Source: the human T2T-CHM13v2.0 reference genome, Homo sapiens. Taken from it: a stretch of DNA of 64,000 bases. Positions 28,050 to 39,817 of this stretch are shown in pieces. How positions within the stretch are numbered: the stretch's first letter is position 1; each line of letters opens with the position of its first letter. The position numbers and the translations under genes are program-made. The notes below the pieces were generated by a model. That model was not told where the DNA came from. It searched no databases and saw only the letters and a program-made list of their open reading frames with translations. Location of the stretch: the NCBI RefSeq assembly GCF_009914755.1, contig NC_060931.1; one strand, given 5' to 3'.

Positions 28050-28328
28050 AATGGAGTCTTGCTCTGTTGCCCAGGCTGGAGTGCAGTGGTACAACCTCTG
28101 TTCACTGCAACCTCCCGTTCCAGGTTCAAGCAATTCTCCTGCCTCAGCCTCCCGAGTAGCTGGGACTACAGACACATGCCACCAGGCCCAGCTAATTTTT
28201 GTGTTTTTAGTAAAGATGGGGTTTTACCATGTTGGCCAGGCTGGTCTTGAACTCCTGACCTCAGGTGATCCACCAACCTCGGCCTCCCAAAGTGTTGGGA
28301 TTACAGGCGTAAGCCACCATGCCCAGCC
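28050..28328 (-). mobile_element. AluS (its tail is the adjacent polypyrimidine tract)
   Basis: atggagtcttgctctgttgcccaggctgg ... ccaccatgcccagcc; TSD ctagaaat at 27676-27683 and 28328-28335. Confidence 0.95.
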
Positions 28329-29073
28329 TAGAAATATTTTTTTGACAACGATATTACCCTCCTAGAGGCTAAAACTTTGCCAGAATACAAGAGAGTAGTG
28401 AGGGTATAGAGCAAGTGGAGTCTGGCCCGAGAGGCTGAACTTGGGTCACATCTGTAGTCATCATTGCCTGTGTCAACCGGGGGCAGGAAGTGGTGACTCT
28501 GGGGCTGGGATTCAGGGTGTGTGGGAAATCACCTCTCCACTCTTGATGACTGTATTTGACCCTTGGTGGCCCACGAAAAGTCTTCCCTCACCTCTGAGCC
28601 AAGGTTCCTGTTTGCTTCCTCTCTCATTCAGCGTGAATGTCATTATCCCCAGGTGGCTCCTTTCTTCTTTGGCTGAGAATTCTTGTCTCCCTTTTAAGAC
28701 TCCTTCAACCCAGTTTTCTGCTGTTCAATGCTAGGCCCAGGATCTCTCTGTGACTCTCCCAGTGGACGGGGGGCACTTCATGAATACAAACCTCTGGAGG
28801 CTGGCCATGGCAGGCCCAGTAGCTAAGACGGGCATGTTGGGGGGCATGTGGGTGTGGCCTCACAAGGTTTATCACTGCAGATTTATATTTTTTAAAAAGA
28901 AAGAAAAAAATACGAGATGTCATTGAGATGCCTATTGCTTAAGTGTGATATTTCATTTAAGCTTTGAAATGGAGTTTTGAAATAATTTGCTTATGGATAT
29001 ACATGAAATCAATTGATGTATATATGGATTAACATTCCTTACTGGCTTCTTTTTTCCTTTTTTTTATGGATAG

Positions 29074-29304
29074 CCTTCTGTTCTGGAGGCCCATGATCTG
29101 AAAGACATGGCTTGTGTTACATCCCTGATAAAGATCTATATTCCACAAGCATTTCTCAAAGACAGCAGTGGAAGTGAGCTGACCTACACCATTCCAAAGG
29201 ACACAGACAAGGCCTGCTTGAAAGGGCTCTTCCAGGCCCTGGATGAGAACCTGCATCAGCTGCACCTGACGGGCTATGGGATCTCAGACACCACCTTAGA
29301 AGAG
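29074..29304 (+). CDS. ABCA13: ABCA13 coding exon, regulatory domain 1 (PSVLEAHDL...[10 protein letters not shown])
   Basis: Long T-tract acceptor ...ggatag| and donor GAG|gtactg; 231 nt, phase 0-0. YGISxTTLEE is the ABCA R1 motif. Confidence 0.97.
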
Positions 29305-29534
29305 GTACTGAGAAAACTGAAGCGTGCTTTAATTATTTATGCCTTTTTGACCAGTCCACATTAAATGAAGAGATGTGGGTAAAGGGGGGGAGATGTGGGT
29401 AAGGGGGAGGAGTGTGCACTTTTATTTACATTTGATTTCTGATTGGTAGCATACTAGATGCCAATAACTGAACTTAACAGGCCTGACAGGTGGCAATTGC
29501 CCTTTAAGTGAAATGGCATTCTTTTAGCATTCTT

Positions 29535-29831
29535 TTTTTTTGTTTTGTTTTGTTTTTGTTTTTGAGACGTAGTGCAGGCTGGAGTGCAGTGGCGCTATCT
29601 CGGCTCACTGCAAGCTCTGCCTCCCGGGTTCACGCCAGTCTCCTGCCTCAGCCTCCTGAGTAGCTGGGAATACAGGCGCCCGCCACCACGCCTGGCTAAT
29701 TTTTTGTATTTTTAGTAGAGATGGGGTTTCACCATGTTAGCCAGGATGGTCTCGATCCCCTGACCTCATGATCCGCCCGCCTCAGCCTCCCAAAGTGCTG
29801 GGATTACAGGTGTGAGCCCATGCACCCGGCC
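29535..29831 (-). mobile_element. AluY
   Basis: AluY-diagnostic gcaagctctgcctcccgggttcacgcc and ttagccaggatggtctcgatc; 15-bp TSD tcttttagcattctt at 29520-29534 and 29832-29846. Confidence 0.93.
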
Positions 29832-31214
29832 TCTTTTAGCATTCTTGTATTTGAGAAGCTTGGTGTCTTTAATTCAGAATCATGAGGTGTTTAAACAGTT
29901 GTCAGTAGTGGTTGATTGCTGGTTGTAATTCTTCATGTAGAGATGCCCTCCTCTTTCTGCTTCTGTCTGGGAGTCTCTGGCCCCATGCTGGGTATCCGTG
30001 ATGTGAGAGGGTTTAGCACGGGAACACTGCAGACGCCTGGTGAGCTCCCATCCCCCAGGTCCCACTTTTCTCTACCTGGATCTGAGGTGGATGAGACCAC
30101 TCCATGTGGGTTCTTCATAGAGTACACTTAACAACAGGCAGAAATAGGCGTTTCCTCCAGGAGGACATTGCTACGTTGTGTGACCCAACCTGAGGCATGC
30201 CTTGTTTGGGGTTCTTGAGGTTGGCTCTCTGTGTGGGCAGTATTTGAGCCCTAATTTTACATTGCTATTATTTATATAAAATGTCACGGGTTTTCAAAAA
30301 ATCAAGTGCTGCAAGTTAAAATTTTTAAAAATCTGCAAAAGTCAAAGTCTGAACATTCAGTTGTGTTTTGGAATTGATTCCTTGGGTTAGTGATGCAGGA
30401 GGAAAGGCAATCTTTTGTGTGATAAATCAGTGTGGTCCCAAGTAGATAGCCTCCATCACAAGTTTTGTCTGGAATAAATAGTCATAAAAGATTGTGAAAC
30501 ATAAAAAATATTACAAAATGCTTTTATACATAGAATGTATTTGGTTCCCCTGAAACTCCGTAACTTATTATTCCTATTTTAAGGTTGAGTAAGCTGAGGC
30601 TCACATAGGCCAATTTCTTTACCCCAAATCACGAAGGTCGTAAATGGTGAGCTCTACTTAGACCTAGGGTTTCTGATAGTTAGTCAAGTTCTCTAAATTA
30701 GCCCATACCTTTGTGGTTGATGCTCTGTATTCCATGCATCATCAGGACTGGAGTCCATCCATTCCCACTGCGTTTTAATAGAGCAAGTTACAGTGCAAGA
30801 GACAAACAAAAAGCAGCCTAATAAACACACATGATGAATAGGAGCTGTTTTCTAAAGCCAAAGGATGCGGTCACTACATCTTTTCTTGTCTGGCTGTCTC
30901 CTATTTTCATTCTTCAAGTCTTGACATGAACGGCGCCTCTGCAGCGGATTCCCAGATTCCTCAGCATCAATTCTGTTCCGTGTTCTCCCCACCCGCCCTC
31001 ACTGCACTCTGAAGCTTTTCTTCGTGACACTTCTCCCAACTTGTTATGCATGCTTCTCTGTCTCTCCCATGGACGCTGAGATCTGTGAGTGCTTGTATCT
31101 TTTCTGCCCACCTCTATAGCAGCAGTGCCCAGGACAGTTACTGGCACTCATGGTTGCTTAATAAATATTTTCTAAGTGAACAATGTGCTGAACCTTTCCA
31201 AAGATTCATCCAGC

Positions 31215-31373
31215 TATATTTTTAATATAAAATGAATATTTTATTATTTAATAAAATAATACATATATATTACACATAATATACATATGTATACATATGT
31301 AACATATAATATACATACATATACATATATTACATGTAATAATACATAGATATTTAATAAAACATATATATAT
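31215..31373. repeat. AT-rich/(TA)n low-complexity tract
   Basis: acatatatattacacataatatacatatgtatac... seen directly; probably the decayed tail of the adjacent monomer. Confidence 0.8.
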
Positions 31374-31375
31374 GT

Positions 31376-31488
31376 TCAGGGTTTCGTTGTGTTGCTCAGG
31401 CTGGTCTGGAACTCCTGGGCTCAAGTGATCCTCCCACCTTAGCCTCCCAAGTAGCTGAGACTATAGGTGTGTGCCACTGCATCTGGCA
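31376..31488 (-). mobile_element. FLAM/AluJ monomer
   Basis: gggtttcgttgtgttgctcaggctggtctggaactcctgggctcaagtgatcctcccaccttagcctccc. Confidence 0.85.
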
Positions 31489-34234
31489 CCAAGATTTTGA
31501 TCTTTAAAATGGAAAAATCAGAACAGTTTGCCTGGTTTCCCAAGGAGTAACAATCATGATTAAATGCCTGGAACAAGTCTGTCAAAAATGGTAATGGCTT
31601 TTCTCACTTACAGTGGGATTGCATGAGACGTTGCTGCCGTAGCTTTGGAGTGACCACGGAGCTAAATAACATCTATACCCCCAAAAGTCACCTTTCCTCC
31701 AGGAATTTTTGGGAGACAGCAGTCTTCCCTGGGCCAATGTAGAACAAGAAGGAATTTCCTAAGCCCCTTTTCCCCAGATTGCATGAGTCAGAATGCAGGT
31801 TTACAGACGTGCTGCTAACTAAAGCACCATACTTGAATGCAGCTATGTCAGACACCACAGTTGTCACTATCTTCTTAAATGTGAATAACAAGTCCAAATA
31901 TTATATTGGAAGCTAATCATTTGGACAGTTGAGAGCTGTCAGCTGGCATGAGTCAGTTTCCCTACAGACAGAAGGAGGCGCTGCTTCCAGGGGTAGTTTT
32001 GCCATCCTGGGTCACTTGGAAAAGAAAAATAAAATAATTTTTTTGGGGGGTTATCGAGAGAAATTGTCAAAAAAGCCCAGACTTCTTATGTTCATGTCTG
32101 TCTCTCTAATCATTCACCGGGTTAATCCGGTTGTTTACTAGTTGTATGGTGTCTTGTACAGATAAATTGAACATATTCATAAGCTCACTGGACTCTCAGG
32201 GCAGGGAGGAAGATGCTGTAGGAATATGGACCAAGCACACTTATCAGTGAAATAATGAGTGTTCACCCCCAATGTATTTACTGATTTGCAATTAAACACA
32301 TGCGACAGGAAGAGTGGGTGTTCCCTTTACGTAAGTGGCATTTTGCTTGTTGTTAACAAAAGAGAAATCCTTGGTAATACTTTTAATTTTTATTATTAAG
32401 AAGAGTGAAATTTTGTGGAACATTTTGCTTCAATATTTTATGAATTTAAATATCACAGAAAAAAAAACTGGTGAGGAAAGCCTTTATATCACGGGTGGAT
32501 GCTTAGCTCTTAATTGTTTTGTTAATTATTGTGGCATATATGACCAATCAATAATATCTCCAGGTAAAACATACATTTAGGGAGAGGCTTATTCATAACC
32601 ATAGCACATGTGAATAAGATACTTCAGTATTCTTTTTAGTAATTCCCTTCCTTCCTGCCTTCCTTCCCTACCTCTCTCTTTTTGCCTCCCTTCCTCCTTC
32701 CTGCCTACATCCTTCTTTCCTCCCTAATTTTCAGGTCTGTCTGAATTTTTAGTCACATCTGAGACTAAAATGAAGATCCCACAGGAGTAAGAAAGTGTCA
32801 GCTGTGCTGTTTCATGTTTGCTGTGCTTGTGTTGCTCGTATTATCTTCAGAATCTTTTAAAGCCACTATCTCCTTTATAAGTGTTATTTTAGTAAAAACT
32901 AGATAAATCAATGTAAAAATCTACTTAGACAGGCCTCTACAAAGCTGCAACCTGTTGAAACTTGAAGAACTGTCACTGTGGCCACAGAGGCCACCAGTGC
33001 TCCTATCAGTCTTAAATAGGAGGAATTCTTTATGTCTGATAGGTTCCGCCTAGGAATAGAAACTGAGATTTCCATGTTTCCTTCTGCACCCCCTGGGGTG
33101 CTGAGAGAGCTGGGCCTCGACAGAGCCTGCAGGGCCACGGGGAGTGGTTTGCATTCTTGACCATGCATGGTGCTCCCTCACTGCACTCACTGCAGAATGA
33201 CTCCCCTACCTTGGCACCCTTACCTGTAGGTTGGGAATCATGGAAGGAACCACAACATAGGGTTGAAGGGAAGAAACTTCTAGTGCAGCGCGTGACACAC
33301 AGACAGACGACATTTGTTCTGCTTGATAGGGACTTGCATGAGATGCCCTGGGAGGATCCCCAGTCGGAGAGTGCCCCGGGACCAAGGGAAGCCTCCTGCA
33401 GGCGCTCCCAGAGGACAAGGCTGGAGCTGCAACCTGGGTGTGTCTTGGGGTTTAGAGGCTGCACCTTTTGCTTCCTCACCCTCCAGGTCCAGCCTCCCAC
33501 CTGCCCCAGACCCATGTCCATGCTTCTCCTTCTGATGTCTGCCCCTTCCCCACTCTCTTCCCTACAGAGCTCGGGCCTGTTAAGAGCTTGCTGTACTTCA
33601 GTCCTTCCATGCTCAGAATTCTAAACCAGTCTTGGAATCTCACTGCATCACTGCATATACCTTTTTTTTTTTTTAAACAGGAGTTACCCATTTCACAATA
33701 TTTATCTTGAACAGTTTTTATTTTTCCCATAGTCATGATGTTCATGGTGACATAATTTCTTTTACAAAAATGTGTCCTTATGTAGTTCCTCCCCTCCCTG
33801 CTTTAAGGCACTTTGGTTGTTTCTAAAGTTTTGATTTTACCATTGAGACTGTACAAGTCCGAAGAACAGGATCCCCCAGCTTTTCCATAGACTGATTCCT
33901 AGAAATGCAATTACTGGGTCCAGGGGATAACCCTCAAGATCTGTGACGGGGTCAAATGACAGAATCCCCAAATGATGACATGCATTTGTGTCCTAGATGC
34001 TTTTTTTTCATATGCCTCAATCTTTTCAACATTTCAAAAGAAACCCAGTGCCTTCTAGTCACATTTAGGATTTCCTAACTGGCCTGCTGCCCCATATCTT
34101 CTTCAACCCATGGTTGCCATGGGAAGGGCCTGGGAATCAGGACAAGAACATTGACACTTGCATTTATGTTTCATCACTTCCTGTCGGGGACAATCTGGAC
34201 AAATCACTTAGGCTGGAACCATATTTATTCATTT

Positions 34235-35295
34235 ATTTTAATTTAAAAAACTTTTTAAAGAGCAGTTTTAGATTCTCAGCAAAATTGAGCAGAATGCACA
34301 AATTGTGCATTCTGTGTCCCTCTGCCTCCCTTGCCCCCAGCCTCCTCCACTATCAACATCCCTGCAGAATGGCTCATTTGTTACAATTGATGAACCGACA
34401 TGGACACATCACCATCCAGCCCATTAGGCTTCACTCTTGCTGTTGTACATTCCATGGGTTTGGATGAGTATATAATTCCATGTATCTGCCATTATAGTAT
34501 GATATGGAACAGTTTCACTGCCCTGAAAATCTCTTGTGCTCTGCCTAGCCATTCCTCCCTGCCCGAAGCCCCAGCCCTCAGCAACCACTGATCTTTTTAC
34601 TGTCATCGTAGTTTTACCTTTTCCTGAATGTTGCAGAGTTGGGAATCATACAACCCTTGTAGCCTTTCCATTTTGGCTTCTTTATCTTAGTAACATGGAT
34701 TTAAATTTTCTCTGTGTCTTTTCATGGCTTGATAGATTATTTCATTGTACCACTGAATAATATTTCAGTGGCTGAATGTACCATAGTCTATTTATCTATT
34801 CACTTACTGAAAGACATCTTGGTTGCTTCCAAGTTTTAGCAATTATGAACAAAGCTGCTATAAATATCTGTGTGCAGATTTTTGTGTGGACATAAGTTTT
34901 CAACTTACTTGGGTAAATACCTAAGACTGCAGCTGCTGTATCTTACAGTAAGAGTGTCTTTAGTTTTGTAAGAAACTGCCAAACTGTCATCCAAAGTACC
35001 TGCACCATTTTGTGTTTCCACCAGCAATGAATGGGAGTTTCTGTTGTTCCATATTCTTGCCAACATTTGGTGCTGTTAGAGCTCTGGATTTTAGCCATTC
35101 TAATAGGTGTGTAGAGGTATCTCACTGCTGCCTTAATTTGCATTTTCCTGATGACATATGATGTGGAGCAACTTTTCATATTCTTATTTGCCATTTGAAT
35201 ATATTCTTTAATGAGGTGTCTGTTTAGGTCTCTGGCCCACTTTTTAAAAATTGGGCTGTTTGCTTTCTTATTGTTGAGTTTTAAGAGCTCTTTGT
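34235..35295 (-). mobile_element. L1MC-like 3' portion
   Basis: gagcagttttagattctcagcaaaattgagcaga at the 3' end. ORF 34943..35194 resembles the ORF2p C-terminus (MANKNMKSCSTSYVIRKMQIK...). Confidence 0.85.
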
Positions 35296-35580
35296 TAACT
35301 TCATTTTTCTCATCCCTACGGTAGGTTTATCTTCCCTATCTTCCACACACAGTTTTTGTTTAGGTCAAATCATATAATTAAACTGAGTGCAGGTTACATA
35401 TTGCTGGATTGTGGCATAAATATGAGGAATTATCAATATTTTTTCTACTATTTATATCCAAAACACATATGCAGTGGTGTATTTTCAGATTAGACACTGT
35501 TATATTTTAATCTGTCTATATTTTAATGTTACAGAATACCTTGCATTATAGAATAACTTCTAAAAATTCTTTTTATGTTA

Positions 35581-35977
35581 TGTATTAGTCCATTCTCACA
35601 TTGCTGTAAAGAAATACCTGAGACTGGGTAATTTATAAAGAAAAGAGGTTTAATTGGCTCAAGGTTCTGCAGGCTGTACAGGAAACATAGCAGCATCTGC
35701 TTCTGGGGATGGAAGGTGGAAGGCAAAGAGGGAGCAGGCATCTTATGTGGCAGGAGCAGGACCAAGAGAGAGTGGGGAGGTGTCACACACTTTTAAACAA
35801 CCAGATCTCACAAGAACTCACTCACTCGCTATACACTACCAAAGGGGGATGGGGCTAAACCATTCATGAAAACTCCACCCCCATGATCCAGTCACCTCCC
35901 ACCAGGCCCTACCTTGGACATTAGGGATTGCAATTTGACATGAGATTTGGGTGACGACACAGATCCAAACCATATTA
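35581..35977 (-). mobile_element. MSTA-like ERVL-MaLR solo LTR
   Basis: tgtattagtccattctcacattgctgtaaagaaatacctgagactgggtaatttataaagaaaagagg ... cagatccaaaccatatta; 5-bp TSD tgtta/tgcta. Confidence 0.92.
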
Positions 35978-37529
35978 TGCTATATTCCTTAAATATCTCT
36001 GTTTCTGTTTAGTAGTCACCTTTCTTTTACAAAATATTTGTATTTGTACTTTACCCATTCATATTCCTTTTGGAAATTTCTCAGTCTTCCTCCTCTTTGC
36101 CCTCTTTTCTTAAAAAATTTATATTTATGTACTTCATATGTAAAATTCCTACAGTAAAATTCACTATGAGTTTGACAAATGTATAGAGTTGTAGAACCAC
36201 CACTCCAATCAAAGTACAGAGGAGTTTCATCCCCACCACCTTCTGAAAAGAGTAATTCTTCCACGTAACATGCCTCTGCAATTTTTTAAATCCAGGATTC
36301 ATGTTCTTGCTGTTAGTCACCCCAGAACAGCAAGAACTCCTCATTAGTCAGTGAGGAGCAACAGAACAAGTTGTTCAATTACTTTGGAGATGTAGTACAT
36401 GTTTCTTCAATTTCTTACAGTAATTTCTACTTTCTACATTTAGTATGTGCTTTGCACATAATAGGTCTTAAATAAATATTGATTTACTAGATTTTACGTA
36501 TCTCTCTTTTTCCACATCTCTCACACACACGGACGCTAAGAAAGAAATTATCTCTCTAAGGGCAACCATGGGCAAAGAATCTGGAATATATATACAATGT
36601 ATATGAGATCTAACAAAATATAAATGGTATATTTAGAGCCGTTTGAGAAAGGTATCTTAAATTGGAAAAAGATTGGGGCTTTTGGAGAACCTTCTTTTGT
36701 TTGGTAGAGGCTATAAAATGTCTGTCTCAACCAATTTTGTCTCTTGACACTTGGCGAGCATTGACTTTCCTTTCTTATGTCTGATACACAGTTAGCATGG
36801 CTGTTGTAGCGCTGAGGGTGCTTTTCTCTTCCTTCATCTGCATTTTGCCTGATGACTTTACAGGAGTGAGGAGGACCTGCCAATTAACTCTCCAGTTGAG
36901 CTCTTCAGCTAAAAAGCATATTTTATTTCTAAACTGGAATACACTTACTATAAATTATGATCTCCAACTTTACCTACAAGCTAGTGAAATTAAGATTTAA
37001 AATGAAATCGTGATAGTCACCAGTTTCATTAAGGCATCTGTACTTTCTACTCCAATGCTTGGACCTAAGGACAATCCTGGCAAGTTACAATGTTTACTTT
37101 GTGTGGGATGGGACCATAGAGAGTTAGAAGACTTGGCTTTGCATATGGAATATATTTTCGGCAATCTCTGAAGCCAAGACAAAACTTTCTGGCATAATGC
37201 AAACAGAGTAAATTTTTGCAGTGTATTTTTTAATAGTTTTGAAGTTTTTAGTAATGTTTTAGAAATGCTGGTGAGCCTGCCTGAGATGTGAAGTTTCTTT
37301 CCTTCCAGCTTGCTAAATACTGATTAGTGGGTTCCCTTTGTACCTTTGCCAAGGAGGTTCTGGATGCTAGTTCCTTGGGTGCATGAACTCAGCTGCCCCA
37401 TCCTACACAGCATTAAGAGGTAAAGCCTGGGCCTCAGATGTAGGGCTTGATCTTTTTTTTTTTTTTTGACTTTTTTTTAGAACAATTTTTAAGAAAAAAG
37501 AATTGCTGTAAAATCTTTGCCCATTTAAG

Positions 37530-38620
37530 TTTCAATTGTGCCCCTCATGTCCCTAAGAGCAAAAGGATCCAGTCCAGGATCACGAGCTGCACTCAGTTGC
37601 AGGCCTCTTTAGTCACTGTCAATCTGCAAGAATTCCTCAGTTTCCTTGACTTTCATGACCTCAATATTTTTGAAGAGTCCAGACCACGTATTTTGCACAA
37701 TGAGCCTCAATATGGGTTTGCCCTATTTTGCTGTGATTGGTCAGGTTATGCATTTTTAGCTGGCATATTCCAGGGGTGATGCTGTGTCCCACTGCTCCTG
37801 GCTGCCTGCTACACAAGGCTGATCTGTCCCATGGCTAGTGAGGTGATCTTTTTTCCCAGGTAAAGTGGAAAGTGGTGTCTGCCAGGCTTTCCCACTCTTA
37901 AGTTAATTTCCTTTTCTCTCTCTTTTTTTTTTTGAGGATATATTTTGAGAATCTGTAAATTCCACTTTTCTTACCCACCTGTTTTTGCATCTTCTGATGT
38001 TCCTTGCCAGAATTAAAAATTATTACTATGGCACTTGCCAAGTGGCGATTTTTCTAATTCCATCATTCCTTCCATGTGTTTTAGTTGGCATTGTCCAGTA
38101 AGAAAGAACTCTCTCTTTACCCCATTGACCTATTTATATAAGGAACCACTCATAGCATTCTATTCTACTCAATGAGTTACAATTCAGTAGGGTCATTATT
38201 TACTTTGAGGCTCATGTCATACCAAGTTGAGCCAGTGGGAGGTCCTTCAAGCTGGTTTTTGTGCCTTTTAACTCATGCCTCCCATTCTTTGAGCATTTTC
38301 CTGCTTCCTGACAAAACAAGATGTTCTAGGATTGCCATTCTTTCCCAGCCCTGGCTCTAGAATCAGCCATTTCTCCAAGAAATCCTGGCTGCTCAATACG
38401 CTCATGGTGATTGGGGTGTTGCTGCTCTGAGGTTCCCTCATGGATAAAGTAAAAGATCCACCTCTATTTTTGCTTCTCTTTCTGCCTATAAATACAAAAC
38501 TAGGAGTTCAACTCCACATCTCTAATTCCAATCCAATTACACAGCATTCATTTAGTGTTTCCTCTTGCCTTATTTGTACCGCCCTTCACTGATAATGAGA
38601 AACTCGACTTACTCATTCTT
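37530..38620 (-). mobile_element. Fragmented ancient L1MC4/5-like 3' region
   Basis: aggatccagtccaggatcacg, gattttctaattccatcattccttc, cagccctggctctagaatcagccatttctccaag. Boundaries approximate. Confidence 0.6.
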
Positions 38621-38775
38621 ATGCTACCTTTTCCCTTAGTCCTCCTGTGTGCAGCTCATCTTCCAAGGCCTCCACACTGCTTTGCTGCTCTGCTCACATG
38701 CTGTCTTGTGTGAACCTGCCCCACTTCAGCTGCCACTTTCTGTTGGCCCCAAACCCTAATCTGGTGTCTTTCTTA

Positions 38776-38776
<1 letters not shown>

Positions 38777-38808
<32 letters not shown>

Positions 38809-38856
38809 AAAAAGGAAAGAAGGAAGAAAGAGGGAGGAAGGAAGAGAAGGAAGCAG
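38777..38856 (+). repeat. A30 homopolymer followed by a GA-rich tract
   Basis: 30 consecutive A at 38777-38806, then gaaaaaaggaaagaaggaagaaagagggagg... Confidence 0.95.
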
Positions 38857-39399
38857 GTACTTTTTTGAGAGACCCTGTTCCCTTTTTCTTTCATGTGACA
38901 TCCTGTTTGTTGTTGTTTTTTTCTTTTTTTTCTTTTTTCCTAAAGAACAATACATTCAGTATTTTGAGGATTCTTCATTTGGGGGCTAAGGTCTTCTTAA
39001 CTTAGAACAGTCTCATGGTCTAAGCATTTATGCAGACAGCCTGCTGTCTTGTTAACACTGACTGTGCTATCAGCCCTTTGACTGGAGTGCTGTGACCCAT
39101 TCTTTGCATTCTGTTTATAACAAGGTGTTATAGGATGTCACAGAGCCTGAGTGTGAACTAGAATTGACTTTTTATAACTTATGTCTTTTAATCTTCCCCT
39201 TGTACGAATAAGCAAACTGAGAGACCAAGAGACCAAAAAGGTAATGAGCTGACCAAAATCAGACATTGAATTTTTTTTCATTTTGTGTTGGACTCCAAAA
39301 TTTTCTACTCTACTTACCAACGTCTCCTGTTCTGTAGTCTCCAGGGACACCTCAAATCAACAGCCCTTGTTTCAAAGGTGTGTTGATGGTGTGATAGTT

Positions 39400-39817
39400 C
39401 TAGGACAGGCTGGATAATGGTCCCCCAGCGACGTCCACGTCCTTATCACTGAAGCCTGTAAGTGTTACCCATATGGGACTGTGGCAGGAGATATCCCAAA
39501 TTATCTGGGTGGACTTGATGTAATCAAAAGGATACATCAAAGGGGGATCGAGGAAGGTCAGAGAGGAAGAAGGTGATGTTATGATGAGGCAGCAGTTGGA
39601 GAGATGAGCTTTAAAGATGGAGGCTGGGGCCATTGGCCAAACAATATTGGCAGCCACTAGAAGTTGGGAAAGTCCAGGGAGTATATTATCCCTTGATTTT
39701 AGCCCAGGAAGGCCCATATTAGGCTTCTGACCCCCAGAACTGTAAGATACTAAATACATTGTCTTAAGCCACCACATTTGTGGTAATTTGTTACAGCAGT
39801 GATAGGAAATTCATACA
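39400..39817 (+). mobile_element. MLT1D-like ERVL-MaLR solo LTR
   Basis: ataatggtccccc...gtccacgtcctt...ccttgattttagccc...ccagaactgtaagat...tttgtggtaatttgttacagcag...ataca. Confidence 0.85.

Noticed and set aside
27380-28365. Long ORFs of 176-293 aa (KER-rich and FLS-rich)
   Set aside because: They are translations of the stop-free (TTTC)n tract plus the Alu, not genes.
33030-33745. Overlapping ORFs of up to 163 aa in a GC-richer patch
   Set aside because: No recognisable domain, ORFs on both strands as expected from composition, and ABCA13 needs no exon here because TLEE|VFL joins directly.
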